32,000 nucleotides of DNA from Okeania sp. (GCF_035285525.1 NZ_JAYKGW010000129.1:13420-45419), one strand, 5' to 3'; shown: positions 7,135-16,260, numbered from the stretch's first letter. The notes: a model not told the origin generated them from the sequence alone. A program made the numbers and translations.

Positions 7135-9540
7135 ATGAAATCATCTACACCAACAGAAAAAGACCTTGTGTTAATAGGAGGCGGTCATAGTCATGCGATC
7201 GCCATCCACAAATTTGCCATGAACCCCATACCAGGAGTCAGACTAACTCTGCTCACAGATGTCTATCACACTCCCTACTCCGGAATGTTACCTGGATATG
7301 TGGCAGGTTTATACAACTTCGACCAATGTCACATCGACTTGCGTCCCCTCGCCAAATTTGCTAGCGCTCGAATATTTGTAGACCGTGCTATAGGTTTAGA
7401 CCTGAAGAAAAATCAGGTATTTTGTGCTAACCGTCCCCCTGTAAATTTTGACTTACTTTCCATTGATATTGGTAGCACTCCCGCGAGTTTGACTGTACCG
7501 GGAGCAACAAAATATGCCATTGCAGTCAAACCGATATCAAAATTTCTCACTTATTGGCATCAAATAACAACAATGGTTTCTGCATCTCCCAACCAGAAAA
7601 TTCGCATTGGTATAGTTGGTGGTGGTGCTGGAGGAGTAGAGTTAGCTTTCTCGGTGCAAAGTCATCTCCATCAGATTTATCGTCATGCTCAACAACCTAC
7701 CGATAATTTAAAATTACATATATTTCAGCGAGGAACTAAATTATTACCAGACCGTCAGCGTTGGGTAGGAAAACAGGTTGAGAAAATTTTGAGAAGTCGG
7801 GGAGTGGTTTTGCATTTACAGGAAAATGTTGGGGAAGTCGCAAATAGCGATTTTACCAGGGAGGTGCCAGACACTGATTTGGTCTCAGATGCACCCATGA
7901 ATAGTGAAAAAACTAAACTAAAAAGCGAGCGTGATTTGGTTACGGATGTGAAAATCAATGAAACTCCTCATTTTTTGTACTCCACTCCGAAAATGGTTCG
8001 TTGTGATTCAGGGTTAGAAGTAGAATGCGATATTCTATTTTGGGTGACTCAAGCATCCGCAACTCCTTGGTTACAACAAGCAGGTTTAGCAACTGATGCC
8101 AGAGGTTTTATTTTAGTCAATGAGAAATTACAATCAATTTCCCATCCCCAAGTTTTTGCAGCAGGAGATGTGGCAACAATGGTTAACCATGCTCGCCCCA
8201 AAGCTGGTGTGTTTGCGGTGCGACAAGGAAAACCTCTGTTTGAAAATCTACACCGCGCTCTCCTGGGAAAACCACTCAAATCATTTATACCTCAGAAAAA
8301 TTTCCTAATTTTGATTGGTACTGGTGACGAACAGGCGATCGCTTCTCGTGGTCAAATAGGTTTTGGTCCTCATCGTTTCCTTTGGCGTTGGAAAGACAAT
8401 ATTGACAGTAAATTTATCGATCGATTCTCCAATCTCACAATGGCAGCAAAAACCCAAAAGGGAGAAAACCGAATGCAATGTGCTGGTTGTGGAGCCAAAG
8501 TTGGTAGTCGAGTTTTGGAAAATGTGCTGCACCAAATTTCCCAGAAAGTCAAGAGGGCTGATATTTTGATGGGTATAGATAATCCTGATGATGCAGCCGT
8601 GGTGAGAGTGCCAACCGATAAAGTAATGGTGCAAACGATAGATTATTTTCCGGCATTAGTCGATGACCCTTATTTGTTAGGAAAAATTACAGCTAATCAT
8701 TGTTTGAACGATTTATTTGCTATGGGGGCGACAGCTCAAAGTGGGTTAGCGATCGCTACTATTCCCTATGCGACTCCAACTAAACAGCAGGATACTTTAT
8801 ATGAATTATTATTGGGAGCAACAGAAGTTTTCAATCAAGCGGGTGCTGTATTAATAGGTGGTCATACAACCGAGGGAGAAGAACTTGCTTTTGGTCTCAC
8901 TTGTAATGGTTTAGCATCACCAGAAAAACTATTGTACAATAGAGGGATGCAACCAGGAGATGTGCTGATATTAACAAAACCTTTGGGAACCGGAACATTA
9001 TTTGCTGCGGATATGCGCCTCAAAGCAAGGGGACGTTGGATAGAAAGTGCTATTAGCTCGATGTTGATTTCTAATCAAAATGCTGCTCAGTTGTTATTGG
9101 AGTATGGTGCAACTGCTTGCACCGATGTGAGTGGGTTTGGATTAGTCGGACATTTGGGAGAAATGGTGAAAGGGCAAAAAGTTGCTGTGGAGTTGGAACT
9201 GGAGACTATTCCTGTGTTGCCAGGGGTAATTGAAACTTTGGCACAAGGTATTTTTAGTTCTCTGTATCCAGAAAATCTACAACTGTTTGCATTAATTGAA
9301 AATCAGGAAGAGGGAAGTCGCCATCCTCTTTATCCATTGTTGTTCGATCCGCAAACTTCTGGTGGTTTGCTAGCGACGATACCTGCTGAGTTAGCGAGTC
9401 CTTGTTTAAAGGCGTTGCAACGGGAATATCCTGAAAGTAGGATGATTGGGCGAGTGTTATTGTGGGAAAGTGGAATGCTGCCAATTAAAATTAACACAGA
9501 ATTATCAATTAAAATAGTAGGGGCGGATTTCAAAAGTTAG
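7135..9540 (+). CDS. selD: Fusion protein: FAD/NAD(P)-dependent pyridine nucleotide-disulfide oxidoreductase domain + selenide,water dikinase (SelD), Cys-type
   Basis: 801 aa. The N-terminal part has LVLIGGGHSHA and a second dinucleotide-binding motif, IGIVGGGAGGVELA. From about residue 440 it reads MQCAGCGAKVG (SelD Cys/Lys active-site loop), DDAAVV, then AIR-synthase-like GGHT and TDVSGFGL motifs. Confidence 0.9.
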   Translation: MKSSTPTEKDLVLIGGGHSHAIAIHKFAMNPIPGVRLTLLTDVYHTPYSGMLPGYVAGLYNFDQCHIDLRPLAKFASARIFVDRAIGLDLKKNQVFCANRPPVNFDLLSIDIGSTPASLTVPGATKYAIAVKPISKFLTYWHQITTMVSASPNQKIRIGIVGGGAGGVELAFSVQSHLHQIYRHAQQPTDNLKLHIFQRGTKLLPDRQRWVGKQVEKILRSRGVVLHLQENVGEVANSDFTREVPDTDLVSDAPMNSEKTKLKSERDLVTDVKINETPHFLYSTPKMVRCDSGLEVECDILFWVTQASATPWLQQAGLATDARGFILVNEKLQSISHPQVFAAGDVATMVNHARPKAGVFAVRQGKPLFENLHRALLGKPLKSFIPQKNFLILIGTGDEQAIASRGQIGFGPHRFLWRWKDNIDSKFIDRFSNLTMAAKTQKGENRMQCAGCGAKVGSRVLENVLHQISQKVKRADILMGIDNPDDAAVVRVPTDKVMVQTIDYFPALVDDPYLLGKITANHCLNDLFAMGATAQSGLAIATIPYATPTKQQDTLYELLLGATEVFNQAGAVLIGGHTTEGEELAFGLTCNGLASPEKLLYNRGMQPGDVLILTKPLGTGTLFAADMRLKARGRWIESAISSMLISNQNAAQLLLEYGATACTDVSGFGLVGHLGEMVKGQKVAVELELETIPVLPGVIETLAQGIFSSLYPENLQLFALIENQEEGSRHPLYPLLFDPQTSGGLLATIPAELASPCLKALQREYPESRMIGRVLLWESGMLPIKINTELSIKIVGADFKS

Positions 9541-9790
9541 TTAACGAGTTTTCTTAGTTAACGAGTTTTCACCCAAAAATTAACTCAACTCGCCCCCTAC
9601 CCCCACATTAACAGTAGGGGCGGGTTTCAAAAGTTAGTTAACGAGTTTTCTTAGTTAACGAGTTTTCACCGAAAAATTAACTCAACTCGCCCCCTACCCC
9701 CACATTAAAAATAGGGGCGGGTTTCAAAAGTTAGTTAACGAGTTTTCACCGAAAAATTAACTCAACTCGCCCCCTACCCCTACATTTACC
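9517..9790. repeat. Tandem array of a hairpin-forming element (97 + 97 + ~80 bp) containing five copies of the 17-mer TTAGTTAACGAGTTTTC
   Basis: The units start at 9517, 9614 and 9711. Each reads (G/A)TAGGGGCGG(A/G)TTTCAAAAG[TTAGTTAACGAGTTTTC]x1-2 ACC(C/G)AAAAATTAACTCAACTCGCCCCCTACCCC. The ends TAGGGGCG / CGCCCCCTA are inverted. The 17-mers lie at 9537, 9554, 9634, 9651 and 9731. Confidence 0.9.
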
Positions 9791-9820
9791 CGTCAATGCC
9801 ATATTTTGATGTTGCAGAAA

Positions 9821-9883
9821 AGAGGGCGGGTTTAGATCAATCTGAGATTAAACCGAGAAATTTTTGCTCAAACCCGCCCCTAC
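9821..9883. terminator. GC-rich hairpin between convergent genes (GGGCGGGTTT ... AAACCCGCCC)
   Basis: Reads agaGGGCGGGTTTagatcaatctgagattaaaccgagaaatttttgctcAAACCCGCCCctac. The 10-bp stem is perfect, but the loop is long (about 39 nt). The right arm abuts the stop of 9880..11166(-). Terminator function is inferred. Confidence 0.4.
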
Positions 9884-11166
9884 GTTCTTGTGCCTTCCTT
9901 TGGTATGACAAACTGAATTACACTCCACTGACCATTAGTCAACCATGAAGGATCTTGTTCATCTAATATTTCAATTTGGTCTGGTTCTAACCCAGTTGCT
10001 ACTTCTGACTTCAGGGTACGCAAAGCCACAAATGGTGTGGGAAAATAATTAGCAATATCTGACAAAGAAGTAGTAAATAACCAGTGGCGATCGCCCAAAA
10101 TACGGCGATAGTTAGCATCTCCTTTAATCAAAACCAAACTAGCTTTAGCTAACTCTTCCCTTAGAGACTGTGGCATTTCCCAAAAAGCTAGAGGAGCATT
10201 CCAAAAAAAGTCTTCTCGGCAAATTAAACGACCAGAAGCAATATATTCTTGTAAGCGAGTTGCCAACATTCCGACATTTTCTGAAACATCATTAGCTAAT
10301 CTTTCTAGAGTGTAAAAGACATCCTGACTCATAGCATCAGACACAAAAGTTGGGTGTGCTTTCAAATGTAGGTAAACAGTATCGACAGTCTGAGTAGATA
10401 AAAGGAAGTCTATCAGAAAAAAATCACAAACTAACTCAAAACTAGCGTTATCTATAATTAGATCGATACGTTTTCCATGGATATTGTTTAAGTAGTTGAG
10501 CAGATCGTAGGTATGATCTATTAATATATGAGTTTGTTGTTGGTGCAGATCTCTATTAGTATCATCTCCTCCTCTAGCTGACCATAAACTGAGATCGACT
10601 TGATTACCCCATAAAGCAGTTTGCAGCAAAGTAGTTATACAAGTTTGATAATTTTCTGGTTTTGATAAAGCATGGAAGTAATATTGTTGTGTCACAGTCA
10701 GACTATCTTGCTCCCTAATGCTAGCGCGCACACTAATTCCTCGGATAGCATTCATTGATTTTTCTAGACTTGAGCGTTTTTGATAACCAAATGGATCTAC
10801 CCCTTGCCAAATTCCAGGTACAAAATAATTCGTTGCTTCTAATAAACGTCGGAAGAAATAAGTTTCAGCAAAATAAAAGGGTACATCAAACCAACTTTTA
10901 CCCTCAAAAGGTTTTATATAGGACGAATTCCAAGCAACTAGATCTGGCGCTTGGTCGTCTATCAAGGGGCGCACCCATCCAGCAAATATTTCTTCTGCTA
11001 AAGATTCTAATTCTTGCACAATAACTGGAGGAAAATCATTGTCTTGGAAAATTTGTTCGATGACACCTGGTAGTCTGGAAGTTATCGTATAATGAGCAAA
11101 TGTATTTTCTACTGAAGGCATTACTGGTAAAGGTAATAACAAGTCGGAGGTTTCAAATTTATTCAT
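9880..11166 (-). CDS. DUF89 / ARMT1-like damage-control phosphatase family protein
   Basis: 428-aa ORF with an ATG start. The LIKGDANYRR motif and the IDLIIDNASFELVCD segment match the metal-binding signature of DUF89 as I remember it. Confidence 0.75.
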   Translation of the reverse strand: MNKFETSDLLLPLPVMPSVENTFAHYTITSRLPGVIEQIFQDNDFPPVIVQELESLAEEIFAGWVRPLIDDQAPDLVAWNSSYIKPFEGKSWFDVPFYFAETYFFRRLLEATNYFVPGIWQGVDPFGYQKRSSLEKSMNAIRGISVRASIREQDSLTVTQQYYFHALSKPENYQTCITTLLQTALWGNQVDLSLWSARGGDDTNRDLHQQQTHILIDHTYDLLNYLNNIHGKRIDLIIDNASFELVCDFFLIDFLLSTQTVDTVYLHLKAHPTFVSDAMSQDVFYTLERLANDVSENVGMLATRLQEYIASGRLICREDFFWNAPLAFWEMPQSLREELAKASLVLIKGDANYRRILGDRHWLFTTSLSDIANYFPTPFVALRTLKSEVATGLEPDQIEILDEQDPSWLTNGQWSVIQFVIPKEGTRT

Positions 11167-11175
11167 ATATTTATA

Positions 11176-11254
11176 GGGAGTAGGGAATAGGTAATAGGCA
11201 ATAAGTCATAGGTAGGCAATAGGCAATAGGCAATAGGCAATAGGCAATAGGTAA
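11176..11254. repeat. STRR-like heptamer tandem repeat (AGGCAAT and variants)
   Basis: Reads gggagta gggaata ggtaata ggcaata agtcata ggtaggcaat aggcaat aggcaat aggcaat aggcaat aggtaac. It lies immediately upstream of the start of the minus-strand CDS at 11166. Confidence 0.85.
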
Positions 11255-11384
11255 CAGAAAAGAAGAAAAATAACTGTAATATCATCTCAGGATAATCATT
11301 GATAGAACTCCGTTCCGCGCTCCGCGACCAAAAAACCTTTTCCCTTTAAACCTTTCTTTTCCTTCTCTTCTACCTTCCTTATAA

Positions 11385-11629
<245 letters not shown>

Positions 11630-12047
11630 ATTAAGATGCCTCTTAGTAATTCTTCTTAATTTATAGTATTATTTTATACGGATTTTTTTCACAACTATCT
11701 ATATGGTCTACTTTTTTATTTTTAATAAATGTGATGGCTGTAAATTAAAGCAAATTTTGTCTGAGTGAAATACTATAGAAGCTCTAACCATATCTTTATA
11801 AAAATGTGGATTTTTGTAAGATCGGAGTCAACCCACCCCTAACCCCGACCGTAGAGGGGAAAAAGGTAGAAAAATAGCTCCCCATCTCCCCATCTCGCAC
11901 ACCTCCCACACTCCAATCCCGGATTAAGCTATATGATGATTGTATATAGATTCTACAATAATCTAAAATATAGCTATAGCTATAGCTGTCAGGATTAACA
12001 TCAAAAAAACTGTTGCTTTGTCCAAAAAATATTAATAGTCATACCGA

Positions 12048-14651
12048 ATGTCCAATATTTACTTTGATTCTGAAAACAATTCCAAATCCTTCGAGTTACC
12101 AGGTGCAAGGCCACATTATAACCCCGACCGTCCAGGTCAAGTAGAACATATTTTCCTTGACCTAGAACTTGACATACCTAACAAAAGTTTTCAAGGAACT
12201 TGTACCATCAGCTTAAATCCTGTCAGAAGTAATATTGATAAATTAACTCTTGATGCAGTTGACCTAGAAATTAATTCTGTTAAAATCAACGACACAGAAC
12301 AAGCTTTTGACTATGATGGCAAAGAATTAGAAATTTATCTACAGCCAGTTACTACAATCGGCGAACAAATTAAGGTGGCGATCGCTTACGGTGTAAATAA
12401 CCCCCAACGAGGTATATATTTTATAGCTCCCGACAAAAATTACCCAGACAAACCCACCCAAGTTTGGACTCAAGGTGAAGACGAAGATTCTCGTTTTTGG
12501 TTTCCCTGTTTCGACTATCCTGGTCAATTATCAACTTCAGAAATTCGCGTTAAAGTACCCAATAAATTTCTTGCCATTTCCAATGGTGAACTTATCCAAA
12601 CTGAAGAAAGTGGAAATGATAAAATTTATCACTGGATGCAAAAACAAGTTCATCCTACATATTTAATGACTTTAGCAGTAGGTAAGTTTGCCGAAATTCA
12701 AGATGAATGGAATGGTATACCTGTAACCTATTATGTAGAGAAAAAACGTCAAGAAGATGCTCAACGCACTATGGGCAAAACTCCGCAAATGATAGAATTT
12801 TTTAGTCAAGAATTTGGCTATAAATATCCTTTTCCTAAATATGCTCAAGTTTGCGTTAGTGATTTTATTTTTGGCGGTATGGAAAATACCTCCACAACTT
12901 TATTAACAGACAGATGTTTATTAAATGAAAAAGCGGCTTTAGATAACCGTAGTTCCGAAAGTTTAGTTGCTCACGAACTCGCCCATCAATGGTTTGGAGA
13001 TTTAGTCGTAATTAAACATTGGTCTCATGCTTGGATAAAAGAAGGAATGGCTTCCTATTCAGAAGTATTATGGACAGCAAAAGAATATGGTAAAGATGAT
13101 GCTGCTTATTATATTTTGAAAGAAGCTCGAAATTATATTGCTGAGGATAAAGGTCGCTATCGTCGCCCCATGGTGACTAATGTTTATCGAGAACCAATCG
13201 AACTTTATGACCGCCATCTTTATGAAAAAGGTGCTTGTGTTTATCACATGATTAAAACAGAATTAGGAGCAGAATTATTTACTAAAGCAATTCATAATTT
13301 TGTGCAAAGTAATGCTCATAAAACTGTAGAAACTATTGATTTATTAAGAGCAATTGAACAGGCAACAGGAAGGAATTTATCATTCTTATTCGATCAATAT
13401 GTTTTTCGGGGTGGTCATCCAGATTATAAAGTAAATTATGCTTGGGATGGTGAAAATAAATTAGCCAAAATTACTGTCGCTCAAATCATAGTTAAAAATG
13501 ACAAAAATAGTAATCTAAGTAAACAATTATTTGACCTAAAAATTCCCATAGCTTTTGGTTATATTAAAGACGAAGAACCAGAATTAATTAACTTTACTGT
13601 GGGGGTACACGAACAGGAACAAACTTTCTATTTCCCCCTCTCAGAAAAACCAAAATTCATTAGTTTTGATGTGGGTAATAATTATCTAAAAACAGTTAAA
13701 TTAGAATACCCATTAGCAGAACTAAAAGCACAATTACAATACGATCCAGATCCCATATCTCGTATTTATGCTGCTGAAGCACTAGGGAAAAAAGGGGGTT
13801 TAGAAACTATGAAAGTGCTGGCAAAAGCATTAATAAATGAACCTTTCTGGGGTGTACGTCTTGAGATAGCAAAGCAACTAGGGAAAATTAAATTAGACCA
13901 AGTTTTTGAGAATTTAGCTCTAGGTTTAAAAGACAAAGATGCTCGCGTGCGTCGTGCGGTAGTGGAAGCACTAACGGAAATCAAAAACCCCAAAAGTTAT
14001 AAATTATTGAAATCTATAGTCAAAGATGGGGATGACAGTTATTATGTAGAAGCTGCTGCGGTTTCTGCAATTGGAAATATTGGTAGTGCCAATGCTAACT
14101 CTGATGACAAACTCACTGAAGAAAAAGCAATTAAGTTATTGAAGTGGGTATTAAAAGAGAAAGAAGGTTGGAATGAGGTGGTGCGCTGTAGTGCCATATC
14201 AGGTTTGAGTAAAATCAAGACTTCCGAAACTGCTCTGAATTTGATTTTGAAATACACTGCTTTGGGTGTACCGCAATCATTACGTTTGACTTCTATTCGT
14301 GTTTTGGGAACTATTTCCACTGCTCAGTCTCCGATTAATTTAGAACGAATTTTGCAGCGACTGACAGAATTATCACGGGAAACATTTTTCTTAACTCAGA
14401 TGTCTGTAGTTGCTGCTTTATCGCAAATGGAAACTGCTGGAGCCATTGGAATATTGCAGAGTATAGCTGAACAGAGTCCTGATGCCAGAGTGCGTCGTCG
14501 AGCCGAAGAAGCAGTACAAAGAGTGCAGAAAAATATTGGTTCAGATAAAGCGTTGAAACAATTGCGTAATGAAGTAGATAAGATGAAAAAGGAAAATCAG
14601 GAATTGAGGAGTCGTTTGGAAAATTTGGAAGCGAAAGCAAAAGAAAGTTAG
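12048..14651 (+). CDS. M1-family zinc aminopeptidase (aminopeptidase N-like) with C-terminal HEAT (PBS-lyase type) repeats and terminal coiled coil
   Basis: 867 aa. It carries the exopeptidase motif GGMEN, the zinc site HELAHQWFGD with a downstream WIKEG, and C-terminal HEAT-like repeats (DARVRRAVVEALTEI, DARVRRRAEEAVQRV). It ends in a heptad-rich tail, KMKKENQELRSRLENLEAKAKES. Confidence 0.9.
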   Translation: MSNIYFDSENNSKSFELPGARPHYNPDRPGQVEHIFLDLELDIPNKSFQGTCTISLNPVRSNIDKLTLDAVDLEINSVKINDTEQAFDYDGKELEIYLQPVTTIGEQIKVAIAYGVNNPQRGIYFIAPDKNYPDKPTQVWTQGEDEDSRFWFPCFDYPGQLSTSEIRVKVPNKFLAISNGELIQTEESGNDKIYHWMQKQVHPTYLMTLAVGKFAEIQDEWNGIPVTYYVEKKRQEDAQRTMGKTPQMIEFFSQEFGYKYPFPKYAQVCVSDFIFGGMENTSTTLLTDRCLLNEKAALDNRSSESLVAHELAHQWFGDLVVIKHWSHAWIKEGMASYSEVLWTAKEYGKDDAAYYILKEARNYIAEDKGRYRRPMVTNVYREPIELYDRHLYEKGACVYHMIKTELGAELFTKAIHNFVQSNAHKTVETIDLLRAIEQATGRNLSFLFDQYVFRGGHPDYKVNYAWDGENKLAKITVAQIIVKNDKNSNLSKQLFDLKIPIAFGYIKDEEPELINFTVGVHEQEQTFYFPLSEKPKFISFDVGNNYLKTVKLEYPLAELKAQLQYDPDPISRIYAAEALGKKGGLETMKVLAKALINEPFWGVRLEIAKQLGKIKLDQVFENLALGLKDKDARVRRAVVEALTEIKNPKSYKLLKSIVKDGDDSYYVEAAAVSAIGNIGSANANSDDKLTEEKAIKLLKWVLKEKEGWNEVVRCSAISGLSKIKTSETALNLILKYTALGVPQSLRLTSIRVLGTISTAQSPINLERILQRLTELSRETFFLTQMSVVAALSQMETAGAIGILQSIAEQSPDARVRRRAEEAVQRVQKNIGSDKALKQLRNEVDKMKKENQELRSRLENLEAKAKES

Positions 14652-15060
14652 TGTGATTTTTCGGGAACCGTGTATTTTGCTCGTGATTAGGGGCGTTTGC
14701 GGAGCATTCCGTCAGGAAATGTTATTCGCCCTTATACTTTACATACAAGCTCCCTAGAAGGTTTAGGCTACCAGGATTTGGTAACACAACCTTCCAGGTT
14801 GTTACAGCAAACGAAGGCTGTGTTACACTGGATAGAGATTAATCCTCAAAAGTGCCGTAATTCAATGAGGTTTGCTATAATATTATCATCTGATTTATAT
14901 AAAAAGTTGGAAATATGACCTAAACAACACGCAGAAAAGTACCCAGAGGTACGCCAATATTTAGCGATCAGGATATTGCCCGCCAAAAAGCTCAATAAAA
15001 ATACCCTGGTGCATTATTGATGGCAATGTGCGTCAATGAAACAGGAGCAGTTGGAAAAAT

Positions 15061-15439
15061 ATGATTCAAGAATACTTTGGTGACAAAGGAGAGTTATTTT
15101 TTGAAATAGAGCTAATAGCTGCCGACGGTTCGAGAATAAATAATAGTTGATGCTCTGTTAGATACTGGTTTTACTGACTGGTTGGCAGTAGATACTCAAG
15201 ATGTAGAAAGTCTAGGATGGTATTTTCAAGAACAAGAAGAAAAGCAGACAGCATTCAGAGTAGCAACTTTTAATTTGTACCAAGGTGCAGTTTGTTTTGA
15301 TGATCAAGAAATCAAAGTTCCTGTTGTTGTTGGTGATGGAATACTAGATATTTTAATCGGTTTGTCTTGGCTGGAAAATCGGCGTTTGGTAGTAGATAGA
15401 AAAGCTGGTATCCTTACTTTGGAGAGCTTTTCAGATTAA
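15061..15439 (+). pseudogene. Retropepsin-like (clan AA) aspartic protease, disrupted by a frameshift
   Basis: The frame starting at ATG 15061 gives MIQEYFGDKGELFFEIELIAADGSRINNS and stops at TGA 15148-15150. The +1 frame continues from 15146 as VDALLDTGFTDWLAVDTQDVESLGW...RKAGILTLESFSD, containing the catalytic DTG, and is open to 15439. The shift lies in the A/T run aataaataata (15135-15146). Confidence 0.7.
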
Positions 15440-15517
15440 TAGGACTTAGGTAGTACCGCTGCATTTGCTAAGGGAGTTTCATGTCACGCAGCGAAATGCC
15501 ATTCGCCCCTACAGCCT

Positions 15518-15822
15518 AACTATTGTCCAATAGATAAAGAAAACATCAATTTTGGAAAAATCAGCGATCGCTCCTTTTCAGTTATCAGCAAAACTGAAAT
15601 GATTAATCAGCCAACTTTAACTATTGTCCAATAGATGAATAAAATATCAATCTCGGTGAAACCAGGGCACTTTTTGACACCTTAAAAATTCTAAAACCTT
15701 TATATATTAATACTTTAATCATTAATCACTCTACCCTAATGTAACTATTGTACAATAGATGAAAAAAACATCAACTATGGAAAAATCAGCGATCGCTCCT
15801 TTTCAGTTATCAGCAAAACTGA
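15518..15822. repeat. Two 80-bp direct repeats (15518-15597, 15743-15822) plus a partial third copy (15619-15655), each headed by the palindrome CTATTG-NN-CAATAG
   Basis: The palindromes lie at 15520-15533 (ctattgtccaatag), 15621-15634 (ctattgtccaatag) and 15745-15758 (ctattgtacaatag, a perfect 14-mer). The last 42 bp of the two long copies are identical (ggaaaaatcagcgatcgctccttttcagttatcagcaaaactga) and include a HIP1 site. Confidence 0.85.
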
Positions 15823-15885
15823 GCAGACAAAATTAAAATCCTTTACAACCGTTTTGGGTTAAGCTGAATGCTAAATGCTGAATGC

Positions 15886-16135
15886 TTAAAGGCATAAATT
15901 ATATTTACGACGTTGCGCTTCAGCAAATTCATCAAAAGAACTAAATCGACCATTTTCATCCATCATCTAATCCTTGCTGAATAGCTTTAATAGCTGCTTC
16001 AGTATCGGCAGTTTCCCAGTCTAAAACTCTGGCAAGTCATTCACTGGCAACTACGGAAATGTCTTTTTCCTGTTGACTTCCTTTTTTCTAGAATCCTGCT
16101 TCTAATTCTGGTGTTAGGTTGATTGTAATTGACAT
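15886..16135 (-). pseudogene. Ribbon-helix-helix (ParD/CopG-like) antitoxin pseudogene
   Basis: Minus-strand reading from ATG 16135 gives MSITINLTPELEAGF*KKGSQQEKDISVVASE*LARVLDWETADTEAAIKAIQQGLDD. After a frameshift it continues MDENGRFSSFDEFAEAQRRKYNLCL*. That is two in-frame stops plus at least one frameshift. No toxin ORF follows it. Confidence 0.6.
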
Positions 16136-16260
16136 AATATATTATTTTAACATAGCCCACTACTGTTATTCCATTGAGATACTGATAACTGATAGCTGAA
16201 AAGTCAGGAAATTACAAGTATTCTTAACTAATATCAAAAGCAATTACTATTTTATTACTA

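Noticed and set aside
9517-9790. Possible CRISPR array, because of regularly spaced repeats.
   Set aside because: The units are contiguous tandem copies with no unique spacers. The unit length (97 bp) and the internal hairpin structure do not fit CRISPR repeats. No cas genes are present in the window.
9517-9790. An NsiR1-like tandem sRNA array. Nostocales genomes carry tandem sRNA repeats with heterocyst-specific promoters.
   Set aside because: I could not find the DIF-type TCCGGA promoter motif or a terminator with a T-run in the units. The resemblance is limited to the units being tandem.
14697-14918. A 73-aa ORF just downstream of the aminopeptidase.
   Set aside because: It is built largely from dispersed-repeat sequence: a TAGGGGCG/CGCCCTA hairpin element, plus the 14780-14830 repeat that also occurs at 7058-7093 as reverse complement. 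The track 'M' at 14697 corresponds to a non-ATG codon (ttg). No motif was recognised.
15518-15822. Possible CRISPR-like or integron attC-like array, formed by the 80-bp direct repeats with palindromes.
   Set aside because: There are only two full copies and one partial copy, at unequal spacing (about 100 and 125 bp). No cas or integrase gene lies nearby. It is better described as dispersed-repeat modules.
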